DNA of 63,613 nt, filler included, from Vannella sp. (GCA_023345925.1; 8 parts of 8 records of this genome joined end to end with filler, not necessarily neighbours in it); one strand, 5' to 3'; shown: positions 37,325 to 50,817, counted from the whole stretch's first letter. The notes: generated by a model not told the origin, from the letters alone. A program made the numbers and translations.

Positions 37325-39380
37325 ATGAGCGGGCCAACTCCTCGCAGGAGCCGTCGGCATTCAAACCCCATTCAGTTTGACGAAAACAAGAGTTTGTCCA
37401 GCAACTTCAGTAACGTTTCAAACGAAAGAGAGTACCTCCTGGAGCGGCTGAACACCGAGAAGGACCACCTCTTAGAGAGAATCCAAGCTGCCACAGCAGA
37501 TAGAGCTCGTCTCAGAAAAGCTCTTGAGGATGAACGCTCCCAAGTGGAAGCCCTTCCCGGATACCAGACGTTGAGAGACCAGATCGAGAAGTTGGAACAA
37601 AGGCAGGAAAAGAAGGAAGCCCTGTATGAGACCTGCCTCAAGGCCAACGATGCCAACGAGGCGCTTAAGAGTGGCCTCACTAGAGCTATTCTAAAATTGA
37701 GCGACCAACTTGAACTCAAGGAAAGAGCATTGGTTGGGTTCATGGAGGAACTTCTCCCTTCACAACAGAGGTATTATGAGTCCCAAAAGAAGGTGGAAAG
37801 AATCTTGGGACGCCAGAAGAAGAACCTCCAAGAGATTGAGAAGCAGCAAAAGGCTTTGCCAAGCACTGATTCTTCCACTCCCGTAGCATCACCTCTCCCA
37901 CCTGCTCGGCAAAGAACAACTTGGCAGTACGCTACCAAAGCGCCATCTGAGTTTGCCGAACATCCTGAGGAGTTGCTCCTTCTCCCCAATTTGAGCACTC
38001 TCCGATAAGAAGGCGCGTCCACCTTTATGAACAAGCACCCAAGCCTCTCCTTTCCCCCTCAACTCACCCCGGTTCTTGCCTCCTCAGAGAGAGCGAACGA
38101 ACTTGTTCGCCTGTTCCGACCAGATGATGCCTTTTGTGGTGAGCCTGGCGAGCCTCACTGGAGAAAGAGACAAAAGGAAGCGTTCCAAGCCCTCTCGTAC
38201 GAAATGGCGGGCTATTTTGTTGATGAAACAGCGAGAGCGACCTCTTTCCAGACTGGGTGGAACAACATCTTCTCCGATAACCCCGTTGAGGTAGAACAAC
38301 GTGCTTCCAGTACCAGTTCTCATCCCCCTCGAATTGACGTCTGTAACACGCTCAAGACTCTTGTCATTGAAGTGAAGAAGGAAGAGCTGGGATCATCAGA
38401 CCCCTTCGCGCAAGCTGTGGGTTACTTGCTTGGCGATCTACAAGGAGGTACCACACTTCCAAAAGAGAAGGAGCGCCAGTTCTGACTGTGCACGTTGTTG
38501 GAATCACTCAAATCCCAAGCAGTGACCCCCTCTTGGAGAACCCCCTCCTGGTGAAGATTGATTGTGTCCGCTCGGTCAGTTTCTTTGAGCATGAAAAGGA
38601 TGAGATGCGAGCCAACTTGATTGCCATGAATGGCTTCCTCTCCTTCACTCCCAAAGAAGAAGGTGAAAACGGAATCTATCCCCAGGCTCTCACGCCAGTC
38701 ACGTTCCGAGACAGAGAGAGAGTGGTCGATTACACTTGGAGATCGCAGCACCCAATCGCCTTCAAAAGCCACGAGGGCGACTCCAAAGCACTGAAGTACT
38801 GCTCGGGCACCTACGGAGAGGAAGTTCACAAGTTCTTTGCAGTGAACAAGCTTGCTACGAAGTTGTTGGGGGTCCGCACAGGGACTCTCTTCTCATCCTG
38901 TCTGATGGAGTCCCTTTCAAACACGCACACTTCTTTGTATGACATGAAACCGGAAGATCTCGATTGGAAAGAACTGGAGCCACACTTGGTCCAGTTGGAA
39001 TCCTTCGTCAAAACCTCAAAGAGAAGGAGTTTGTGCACGGCGACATCCGGATGCCGAATGTGATGGTGCGCAATCGCACTTGTGCTGATAAGACTCTCCC
39101 TTTCTTGCAGGTGGTGGACTTTGACTGGGCTGGAAAGGAAGGCGCCGTCCGGTTCCCCTTCAATGTTTCCGAAAACGTCTATTCCATCACAAAGGCAGCC
39201 AGGAAATCCCTCATTAAAAACGAGCAAGATCAGCTGCTGGTGGCCGCCTTGATCAAAACATGCAAAGAGAAGTTCAACATGGGAGAGGAACCCGAAAGTC
39301 TTCCTCGTCCTCCTCAGAAGCGCAACCGATCTGAAGAAAGTTGTGAATCTCAACACGAGAGAAAGAAGGCCAAACCTTGA
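37325..39380 (+). pseudogene. Disrupted Crinkler-like coiled-coil + PD-(D/E)xK REase-fold + kinase gene
   Basis: RIDV..LVIEVK..DPFAQAVGY; ALKY..YGEEVH..LMES..FVHGDIRMPNVMV..VDFDWAGKEGAVRFP. In-frame TAA at 38006-38008 and frameshifts near 38440 and 39010. Confidence 0.7.
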
Positions 39381-40674
39381 ACGGAAGGATAACATTTGGG
39401 TGCGCTGCCATCCACCTGACTTTTCACCTTTCCCAATACAAATGGACATTCCTCGCCTTCATTCCTCAAGGTGAGCTGGAAGAGGGAAGCCACATGATGC
39501 GAAGGCTTTAATCGACAATTGCCGGAAACTTGTCAACCACTGCCAATCTCACTCAAATTAGGGTTCAGCAAGCTTTTTTTGCAAGATCTCTTGGAGNNNN
39601 NNNNNNNNNNNNNNNNNNNNNNNNNNNNNNNNNNNNNNNNTTAATTAATTAANNNNNNNNNNNNNNNNNNNNNNNNNNNNNNNNNNNNNNNNNNNNCCAT
39701 CGTTGCAGGATAAGCTTTTGGGCTGATTTCATTTTTTGAGTTTTGGTCCAACTTGCGCGAGGAGAAATGCCGACCTACGCAAGCGAGACCTTGAGAAAAT
39801 CCACGAGTGAAGGGGAAAGGGGGCAGAGCTCGTGTTTGCGTATCTTTCTCTGATGACCTCCATCTCTTCAGGATAAGCTTTTGGACTAATTTCAAGTCTG
39901 CCCTCGTTGGTCGTGACTTCTCTCCTCCAAAAAAGGACCCTAAAATCCCAAATCAGCCCTAAACCACGTCCGCTGGCCTCCGTTGAAAAGTGCTTCTATA
40001 TTCGACTGGCACCAGTGCAAATGACGATTTAATATTTTTTTAAGAGGGCCACTTTTCCATCGTTTGATTCGAGACCCACGAGACTGATTGAAAGTAGGAA
40101 CAAGTCTTCATTATTTGGAAATTGCTTGGTGGCAGCTTGCACACTTACAGAGTGTACTGAGGACGATCAGCCACCAGTCCTTGATGCGCATGAACTGGTC
40201 GTTGGCAGCAGCAATCATAACGCGCTCATTGGCAGCTTGAGGGTCTTCCCAATCATGCATAACCCGAACATAACAAGCCGAGTATTTCCATGGGATGGCT
40301 TGATACAGACAGTTAGATAGCGTTGCTGGAAACATTTCCCTTACAGAGTTCACGGCCCCACTGAACCGTTTCCGATGGCCACGGTTGAAAAGTACCTCTA
40401 AATTCGATCAGGACCTTTACCAATGAACTTTTTATGTGTTTTGGTCGAGGTACTTTTTTGGGCTCATTTGAACATTCTCTCCACCCTTACCGCCTTGCTG
40501 TGCACAAGTAACATCCTGGCTAGGGTTGAATCGTTTGACACACAGTGCCTTCAGATTCGGCTTAACCGTCGAGACTGAAGTCAATTCACGTTGTATCGGT
40601 TTGCAAGAGATGACCTTTCTTTAATCAGGGGTGAAGCCTGGCTTTGCGAGCAATCCTGCGACGAAATGGTTACT

Positions 40675-43600
40675 TTAGCTTGGTTGAGTTTCAAGAGGTT
40701 GATACTTACTTAAAAGCGACTTCCGACGGTACTCTTTCCATCTATATTTGGCTTCTATGATCAAAGCACTGACAGCAAACAATAGAATCGCTCCACCCGC
40801 CAAGCCTATCGACAGCCAGGAGATAGTGTAATTCTTGCTCTGACAGTTTGCCTCCTCTCCCGTTCCTAAGAAGAGAAGTGCAAAGTTCGTCAGGTGATCC
40901 GTTTTCCCGCAGTACAGATCATCCTTCTCTGAAGCTTGGTCTGAGGCATTGCTTTGTTTCTTGGGAGCGAAAAGGCAGTCGTCCTCACATTTCCACTTGC
41001 CGGTCGCTTCGTCAAAGAAGCCCAGACATTTCGCCCTGCCCTTACTAGCATTCTTCAAAATGGTCAGACAGATGATCAGCGGTTCATCCAACTGAGTGAT
41101 GGAGTTGCCTTGGCTATCAAAAAGGGTAATGTTGACACTTTCACTGGCCAATTGTTGTTGCCGAGATGGGTTGAGAGCTCCAAAGTCGGTCAAAGTGGTA
41201 ACCAATGTCGTATTGGGTGCATTGCTCAAGTTGGGTGAGACAAAGAGGCTTCCCACTGATTTGCCCAACACTCCCGAGAGATCCACCTTGTTGGAAGTGA
41301 GGTTAGAAGGATTGACAATGACAGCATTGGGTCTGACTGCTGGAGTTGAACCACCAATCTCTGAGGCACTTGGTGATGGAGACAGAGATTGGGTTTCTAT
41401 TGACTTCAGTCCTAGCGGGGATGCCGTACTAGTGGAAGCCACTGGCAATTCACTTGCAAAGATTGATTTGGTCACGGTCTCCGCCAGTGATATGCGGGAG
41501 CTGAAGTTTTCAGAAAACCGAGGTGTTGGGGTAACTTGAGAAGAAATGGCACTGACTGCTTCAATCGATCCACTGACAGAACGGCTTGGATTTGTGCTTG
41601 AAAGGGAACTAGCAATATCAGCAAAAGAGTTTGTAGGCACGCTCGCGAGGGAAATAGAAGAGCTGAAAGATTGAGCAAAGACTCTGGAGGACGACGTTGA
41701 AGAAGATGTTGGAGAGAGCTCTTGCATCGGGGTCTGAGAAGAGCTGGACCTTAACGAAGAGAGTGCAGGCGTTGTAGAGATCAAAATCGCTGTGGAGCCT
41801 TCAGAAGTGCGAGCAGATATGCTTGGAGAGGTGCTGAATGTTTTAGAAAAAGGTGAACTATCACTTTCACTCAGAAATGAAGAGGCAGAAATGGACAGAC
41901 TCAGGGAGGCGCTGAAAATTTTTGAGGAGCTGGGTTCTCCACTCGATGGAAAGGCAGTGTTGGTACAGCTTGCAGAAGCACTTCCAGAAAGACTCTGGGA
42001 GGTACTGGATGTCAGAATGGTGCTGAATCTCTCAGAGGAACTGAGACTTCCACTTAATGAGGAAGATGCAGTAGCAGATGAGCTTGCAGAAGGAGTCTGA
42101 GAGGTGCTGAATGTCTGAGAGGGACTGATACTTTCACTCGATGAGGCGCTAGCAGAAGAGCTTGAAGAAGAACTCAGAGAGGTGCTGGAGGTCTCAGATG
42201 AAGTTGGGCTCCCACTTGATGATGGAGAAGCAGTATTTGTAGCGCTCGAGGTTCTTGCAGACGAGCTTGTAGAAGGACTCAGAGAGGTGCTCGGTGTCTG
42301 GGATGAAGTTTGGCTTCCAGTCAATGAAGGAGAGGGAGTGTTTGTGGGACTGCTGGAGGGAAGACAAACTCCAGTTGAGTTATTGCACTCTCCTCCCGGA
42401 AAAGAGGGATTGTCTGGAAGACCTGCGCATTCAAATGTCTGATTAGTGACAGTCACAGGAGAACGAGGAGGAGGATTAGGCAGGGGTCCGCAAAGAAAGT
42501 TGAAGCTCAAATCAGCACCAGTTAAAGCTGAGAGATTTTGCCAGTTCGGGATGGTTCCACTGATGAGGTTATCCCTTAACCTTCTTTGTCCATAGTACTG
42601 ATGTTAGTATAGAGCTTCTGAGATGAGGCCTCTCACATTTGAAAGAGCTTAGAGAGAGTGGTCCATTCAGGAAGGGAACCAACTATTATGTTTAATTCTA
42701 AAGACCTATTCATTCCATTGCCTGGTGAGAACGAAGCTTTCGTTCCTTGCAGCGTCATCTTACATGCGCTCTAGCTGCACCAGGTTGGTCCATTGAGGAA
42801 GTGTTCCTGAAATCCAATTGTTTGCCAAACTTCTAATCACCATCTCAGAAACGATCAGAACGGAGCGAGAGAAGGGTTTACATGGAAGAAAGCTTAACCA
42901 ATGTGGACCATTCAGGCAGTGTCCCAGTGATTATGTTGGTGAACAAGTCGCTGTAAATTCCAAATCAACAGACCATTCCGGTGATTTGGAGTTGATAGGA
43001 AAGGGGGACACTCACACGGTAATAAGGTTACTGAGATTGGACCAACCAGGAAGACTTCCAGTTATCCTATTGCTTTGAAGATCTCTTCATCCACCCATCG
43101 ATTAATCACACAAACTGATTCTGAGTCCTTTGGACCTCACAAACGAATGAGGGCTGGCAGATTCCAGTCTGGAAGAGTTCCGTTGATAAGATTTCTGGCC
43201 AATGCCCTGAACAATTCTATCAGCTGCCATCCTTTGTGCTATTTTAAATGTAATCTCACATTTCGCGGAGTCGAGAGAGTGAAGTCCAATCTGGAAGAGT
43301 TCCAGTGATCAGATTCGATTCCAAACGCCTTTTCTACGTCAGAAGAGCAATTTGTGGAAGGAATAAGCTCACATGAAAGTGAGTTTGCTAAGATTGGCCC
43401 AAGCAGGAAGCTGCCCACTGATCATGTTTTGTGGCAAGTCCCTTTCATCAACAGAATGGTTCAGAAACCAGAGATTTCACTCCGACAGATAATCACTCAC
43501 ATCTTGTCCAGATTTCTCATATTGGACCATTCTGGCAGAACACCACTGATCATGTTACCAATCAGACTCCTTATCCCCATCTTCTCGTTAGAAACGAGCC

Positions 43601-44016
43601 GCAGTTGCGAGCTTCTCTCACATTGAGGTTAGACTCGACAGACTGGGCCATTCAGGGAGAGTTCCAGAGATCTTATTCAATCCCAAATCCCTGCAATCAT
43701 CAGTTGGCTTGCTTGTCAGCTCCTCAGGACATCCTTACAGCATCGAGAGGGAGGGAAGAGCGAGGTCCACGAGAGTTCCAGTCAAGTTGTTCGATTGGAG
43801 ATCGAGCCGGAGCACAGCGTTGTTCATTGTACTACAAACAACACCGTACCACGCTCCCTCGCAAGGATCAGAGGAGATGTTCCACCTCCGTCCAACCTTC
43901 CAATAAGCCCCAGCAGTTGCATTGAAGAGACCAACGAGAGCATCTTTCTCGCTTGGGGGGAGAGCACCAAAGATGGGCATCAAGAAGAAGAACAGGAAGA
44001 CCAAGCGCGCCAACAT
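40675..44016 (-). CDS. Single-pass LRR receptor-like protein: LRRNT + ~11 LRRs + Ser/Thr stalk + GAIN-B/GPS + TM
   Basis: SEKDALVGLFNAT..W..W..DPC..WYGVVC cap, 10 GT-AG introns separating LRR exons, GPS CLGFFD..WKC..YCGKTDHL|TNFALLF, then a TM. Confidence 0.85.
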
Positions 44017-45272
44017 CGTCCGGCCGTTCCCTCGAAAAAGTAGTCCAAACCGTCTTTTTCCACTTATTTATCTCATCAATCGCTTCGTTAGAATTGATAA
44101 AAATTATGTGTGAAAGAATGAGCTTCATCAGACCACTCTTTGTATTTTTTTCGCCACTCCGAAGATCCGACGATGGACGTACTTCCCTCTCTCCTGTCTT
44201 GAATGCCAACAGACCGTTTCCTTCCACTCTGAGAAGCAAGACCTTCAAAGAAGAGAAGCTGTTGATGATACTCTGGCAAGGGCACATGTCTGGCACCCAT
44301 TTCAGTTTGTTTGCACGGAGGAGAACTTCTGTTTCGCTGTATTTGTAGACCAAGAGGCATTCATACACCACAATACGGAGTGCTTTGCTTTTTTCACATG
44401 TGCGGTAGCTCGTTGGACATGCTCTGGAGAGCGCGAGACGCGTTCCTTCGTCACTTCTATTCCAACAGAACGTGGAGAGGATGGGAGATGGACAGAGACA
44501 TGTCGGTAAGGTCACACAGTGATACTTAATGAGCATTCCATCTAATCCCTTGTTCCAGATCGATAAGAGAAGCATCCCAGACGACTTGGAAGCAGATTGG
44601 GGCAGTCATCATCATGCTGGCCCATTGAGAACACCCGTGGAAGCGGACAGCTCGACTGCTCTTGAACAAAAGGGCGTATACATAGTGATACACTCCCTGC
44701 GTTTGTGAGAACTGTCGAGTGAACGAGAAGGAGCTGGCACATGCTTTGAACCTTTGCTCTTCATGAGCTTCATCAGGCACATCTTCTGAGCCTCATGCTT
44801 TCACACACGTATATAACAAGTATCCTCTCTCACCTGATGATCCCTAATGAAACACCCAAGTGATGGTGGCAGACACAGCACCCACTAATGGCCTTGTGGC
44901 GCTTCTTCTGGTGTCTGCGACGTGCACTACACGTCCCCCCTTTGGGAGTGGACTGGGTAGTGATTGAATGAACTCTACGTCAACGGTCACAGGCTGTCCT
45001 CTTCTTGTGGGCGTTCTTGATAAGTCCCAGGACACTACGCGCTCTCCCCAGTGCTCACGAAAGACAGACGAATCGTTCTTGTCCAAGTTCAGGAACTAGG
45101 ACAGGGTAAGTTACATGATGTGACCTGGGAGAGGCAGTAGGGGGGAGACACATTGAGATCTGCTGCATCCCGNNNNNNNNNNNNNNNNNNNNNNNNNNNN
45201 NNNNNNNNNNNNNNNNTTAATTAATTAANNNNNNNNNNNNNNNNNNNNNNNNNNNNNNNNNNNNNNNNNNNN

Positions 45273-48200
45273 GCAAGAGAGACGAGGACTTCCGGTAACC
45301 AAGGCCGGATTTCATAAGAGTGGACAGCAACTAAAGCTGCGAGTCCCAAAATACCAGCATGACGAGCTAATAACTCTGGGGAAGCCCGAGACTTCTTTGG
45401 AATTGGGGTTTCAGATAGCTGAAGGAACTTATCGCGGAGTGAAAGGATGGTCTCTTCGCCCTCAACAAACTTCAGAATCCCAGCGAGGGTGGTGCTGGCC
45501 AAATCGCGAACTTCAAGTTGAGGGTCGTTCAACGAAGACACCAAAGAATCAATGATACGAGGAATCTGATCTCCCAAGACAAAGATGTTCTTGAATACAA
45601 GCACTTGTATGAATGGCAGCACTGTCACGCGAGTATGCCACGTAGAGTTCTGTAAAAGGTCATAGCAAATGATGAGTAGTTGCTTTGCTAGAATCTCGCT
45701 GAGTGGAGCATTTGCTATGAAGCCAATTGTAGTGAAGATGGATTTCATCATCTCCTCGTCCTCATCTCTGATACTTAAGAGGTATGGCAGGAGAGGGACC
45801 AAGTAAGGAAGAGACGCAATGAACGGGTTGGCATGGAAGCATGAGAAGGCGAAAGAAAGTAAACCATGACAGCAACGAATGTGAGCCTTTCTGAGACTTT
45901 CTTTCTCCACCGGATCATTGCAAATCACTTTGGATAAGTCCGTTCTCTCATATTCTAGTATCATGACTTTGATAAACGCTTCAGACTCTGGGTAAAGATC
46001 TGCAATGAAGTTCTTTGAATTGAGCGAAAGTGCATTTCCGGAATCCCGGGTTCCTTCAAAACGAGTAGCAATCGCTGTAGAAGCAAGAGAGCTGACTGTT
46101 CCTCTGATAAGTTTTCGGTCACTGTAAATGTGTTGGCTCATGTTATCCAGAATCTGTCCCGCAAAGAAAGATCCACGCCAGCTACATTCACGACTGATAG
46201 CCTGTAAGAGTTGCAGGCGCTTGTACTGGATAATGGTCGATGTGGTATTATCTAGAATGGTACCTCTCATAAGAGCATCCACCAAAGGACGAAAGCGACG
46301 AGGATCCCGATCATAGACGCAAAAATTGACGCATTGGGACCAGTTATGAGCATTCTGTGTGGTAGAGTTGTCCATAGCTTGAACTAGGAAAGGGATAGAA
46401 AAGTTCCACATCTCTGTAATATGGTCGAGCGGCCAGTGCTTGCTACCGCGGGCCAATCCAGCGATTATGTGACAAGCAAGTGCATGACTAGGCTGCTCCG
46501 CTTCAGTTTGCACTAATGCAGGAAGCCGAGGAGCGATCAGGCGGAAAAGCGCTATCCCAAAGATCTGGAACAAACTAGCTTATGTTAGAAAAGATCCGAA
46601 TCCCCGGCGACGTACCCCTTGAAAACCTGAGCAATGAAATGAGTGAACCCTATTGGCTGAGGTTCTAAGGCCATCCTAGCAATAATCAAGTCCAACTGTG
46701 AAGGATCGAAGAGGATCTGATGTAACTCTTGAACGCTTGGATGTTCTGCAGCATTAGCGCGCAGAGATTCGTACTCATTTGGGGAGATAGGAATGTACAC
46801 CTTTCGAGCAGAAGATAATTGCGCCCAATCAAGGCCATTCTTGTCCCGAAAGTCTGCAGTTTGCCAATCCGTTTCAGGATTGAACTTGACTACAAACTGG
46901 AGAAATTCATTCAAAGATAGCCTCTGAATTGGGCCAGAGGCAGAGTGACCCAATGGAACCAGAGCAGAGTGGCGAGGTCTGATTGGTTTAAAGAGTCGAA
47001 GGAGGATTTTAAGACCTGCTCCAGCCAAGTGGCGAAGATTTACCACATCAGAACACAATAAATCAACATACCATCTGACTACTGAAGGTGAGGGTAGCTG
47101 GTCAGAACGAAGCAAAGCGTTCGACAGACTTATTAAGCCCACCATGTGCTTCCACGGCATCTTTGCCTCAATAATTGTGGTAAGGATACCCGTAAAGGCC
47201 TCTCGATTGCACCGCTCTTGCTCTTTCCAGAGTTGTAAAGTTTCAGTGGAGGGATTAAACTCAGCAAAAGGTTGCATTGCCATCGGAGCCGTGTAGAATT
47301 TTGCTTTGAGATAAATCAGAGTCCGCATCAAAGCGTTCTGAACTGTCAATCTCTCATGATAAAGGCAACGAATCAGTTGCTTGATTAGATCATGGAATAA
47401 GTTCCAGTGAGAGTACACTTGTCGAAGGAAGGAAGTAGAATTAGTCAATGCCAGTGCCCCAGTAATGTGGTGATGCGGAAGCTCTGGATCGATTCTGGCC
47501 AAGATAGCCTTTCCATAAACTGGAAGGGGAATGAAGAGCCGCTTTGTAATAGTTTCGACTGCTGATTGGGCTATGACAGCTACTTTGTCATAGGCACTGA
47601 AGCTCAACTGCAGAATGCTGGAGAAGATGTGGGCTTGAAGAGGTGCCCAAGGTCTTGTAACATTACATCTGTTCATTCTGGCTTGGTGAAGAATCTTGGC
47701 TTGCTCCAACATGAAGAAGCGAAGAGAGTTATGCCCATCGTCGATAATATCCATCATTTTGTAGAGTTGGCGGCGGCCTCTTGTGCTGTTTCCGACAGGA
47801 TTGAAAAGCAAACACTGAGAAAGTGACCAAAGAACTCTTTCAAGAGTTTTGTTGTCACTGCTATCTTGCATTAGCGTTGAAAGGCGGCAAAATAATTGAC
47901 TGTGAGTCGAGAGGTTGTACACTTCATCCGAAAGCACGACTTTTGATCCAGCCACAGAGCTCATAGGAGGGAAGGCGTGTTGGAGATCACAGTCGCTCTG
48001 ATTACTTTCAGGGAACGAATTATTATGATCAAGTGATGCCGAGCAGCCATCGTGGATAGAGCTTAGAAGAAGAACCAAATTAGCGACTGAATCACGAGAC
48101 GATGAAGGAATTTCACTCGTCAGAGGCTCTAAGATTTCACTAAGTTCACGAAGAGCAGGACGAGCATACTTTTGCAAGAGAGAACGCGCCCAGTCCATCT

Positions 48201-50664
48201 CTGCTTCTGAGGGAATATGCCAAAGTGGCTCTAACTTTTCGGTATTTCCTGAGTTTCCCCAATAATGGAAAGTATTTTTGGCGAAGTCTGGAGACTCCCA
48301 AATAGAGTTGGAGTGAGAACGGAACTCAGTTAGATACGTTGTCGTAAGAGAGTTCAACAGACGGTGTAGCAAGTCACTAGAAAGTCGATATAAGTCTCTT
48401 TTGGATTGACAGCTAAGCAAAGTCGCTGTGATAATTTCCTCGATCATCTCTCGGTATTCCAGAAGTGATTCTCCCATACAAGAAAGCACATTACCGAAAA
48501 TAGTTAGATTCCACTCCATTTCAGAGTCCGAAAGATGATCAATCTTCCCTTGAGGATTCAATTCCGCGAGGAAGATGCGATGGAGATGAGGAACAAAAAC
48601 TTTCAGACCCTTCTGTGGATTAGCTTTGCAAGCAAACTTGCAAAGGACTCCAAAGGTTTTGCGAGCAGCCGAAATAGAGTTGTTTGAGATAAATGCAAAT
48701 AGACGTAGAAGCAATCTATCGTACAAATCTGGACAAGCTTGTTGGAAGAGCTGCCCCATGAACCCTTCGATGAAAAGGTATGCAGCAGATTCCAGGGTTA
48801 CCGTTCCTGTAGAAACGGCACAAGACAATAAGACAAGAACCTTCTCGAGAGCAGCAATTGCCCAATCAGCCAGATACTCAGTTGATGCTCTAATCTCCTT
48901 GTCCAGTGCTGACTCTTCCTTGTCGCTGAAAGCACTGCAATCGAACAATGGGACATGCAATAGAACTGTGCGGTAGAGTTGCAGAGTGTAGAGTGACTTG
49001 ATTGAGTCATTTGGATCGATTCCTGGAAGAGACAAACAAAGCATGTTTGTAAGATATCGAGAACCTTCAGGGAACTCTTTACGAGAAAGTAAAGGTCTCC
49101 AAATAGCAGATAGTAGTTGGAGAGCAGCTTGAGTTCGATGGCTTTGCTCGAAAGTTTGCAGATCTGAGGCTAAAATCTCTAGAAGGTCTGGAAAGACCAA
49201 AGAAGGCCGAAGAGCTGCCATTAGCTTTAATGCTGTCTCTGCAGAAGCTTGAAGTTCTGTTGACTTCGAATAGAGAGCTTTTGTTGCTACAGGAAGAAGG
49301 CAGGCAACTACACGATCAATATCTTGGTCTTGGAGAAATCGTTCGCAGCAAAAGGGCCTGGGTTCCCCAGGAGTAGCCTCGAGTTCCCAATCGACAAGGA
49401 ATTTGCGCTCCTTAAGAACTCTGCGATATACTTGAGAAGCTAAAATAACAAGTAGACGACCAAGCCGCTGACTCCAACCTCCATAATTTGAAGGATGGAA
49501 GTAAGGCTCCAAATAAATCATCATTCGGCTGAGATACTCTTGGCACCGAGACTTTGGGCCCAGTAAACTTACGATTAACCGAGCAGCGTTCCTCTCAACG
49601 CATTTACCTCGATAGAGAACCAAATCTCTTTCCTCCATTCCTGATTCTGGAGGATTGCGAAGAGTGGACGTTCCAATTGGTAAGGGAGATGAACCTCCAG
49701 CAATCAACCGTTGCATCCTTGATTTGAATAAGTCAGGTGGCTTCCCTGATAGCTATGACTTACTTGGTGAAGAGGTCGGGGATGTATCTTTCCCAATCAA
49801 GAGGAGCATAATGAGCCAGACGTGAGAGGAAGCGTAAGTGGGTGGAATCCCAAGTGGCATTGGACATGAGGTTCGCAAACGCCATGTACTCTTCCAGCCA
49901 GCTGTAGTCCGAGGTCTGGTAGTTGCCATCGGTCACTTTCGTCTTATAAGAGCATATGGGAAGCAGCAACTGCAAGAACCCAAAGCCCCGGAAGATACTT
50001 AAATCATGAGGGCACAGCATTGGCCGAAACTCGTTCCAGATCTCTGTCGTGGCACCTTCTTCAAAGTAGGGAGAAGAAGCTTCAAGTATCTATCATTCAG
50101 TAAGAGGGGATGCCTATCCACTGCCCCAGTGACTAACATGGATCAGATGCTTCCCCTTCTCATTGTAAGGGAGGCGGAGACACGCTCGTTGGGGAAGATA
50201 CAGAAGCCCCTTGACAGTTTGATACATTGGCCTAGCTCCTTGTAAGTAACGTGCTGAGAAGTGGAGGAGAGAACGTACTGCCAAGGGAGAACTAAGCCGG
50301 GGAGCTTCTTCACCTGAATAAGGTTTAAAAGCTCCAAGGAGAAGCTGTGTCGTAGTGTCATATCAAGGTCTGGATGACAGAACACAACTTTAAACAGCCA
50401 GTGGATCAGACAAAGCCTCTCCTCATCAGAGAACTCGTAAAGAAAGCTTCGAAAGCGCCCCAGCAGTCGCAAGAGCACCACAGGAGCTACTGAACCCACC
50501 AAGTACTGTCCAAATGTCTCCATGATCTCTCTCACATAGACATCCCGCTCCTCCAGTAGGTCCACATGATAATCAGGCAACCATCCCGCCAACACTTCGA
50601 AGGGGACCTTCAGCAGCAACCGGCTCATTGGGAATGAATTTCCTCCATCAACATCAGATGACAA
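45273..50664 (-). CDS. PSME4: Proteasome activator PA200/Blm10, 3' end lost in the spacer
   Basis: EPYFHPSNYGGWS, LPGIDPNDSIKS, WHIPSEAE, LARGSKHW, DRDPRR, LNDPQLEVRDLASTTLAG, RHAGILGLAA. Several short introns. Confidence 0.93.
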
Positions 50665-50817
50665 ACGCGTATGGCTCGTTATCTACGACCCTCAGAGGTG
50701 CAACGACAACAGGCTCAGTCAAATCGAGTTTCGGGCGCCTCTCTGACGGCTTGATGTCCTCTGTTTGTTGTCAGAGGTGTGTCTGCTGTGGTAATGTGAC
50801 CTTTGCCATTCATTGGG

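Noticed and set aside
38006..38008. In-frame TAA as a sign of stop-codon reassignment or readthrough
   Set aside because: Conserved genes end normally at TAA (CUL4), TAG (DDB1) and TGA (INO80B), and the same locus also has frameshifts, so pseudogenisation is simpler.
44100..45172. Short ORFs and a possible terminal exon (44844-45090, -)
   Set aside because: No recognisable motif and cut by a spacer, so they cannot be supported. The same applies to 18330-18880, 22585-23220, 40111-40353 and 63407-63613.
45273..45400. PA200 lacking its C-terminal YYX motif
   Set aside because: The gene runs into the spacer, so the truncation is an assembly artefact.
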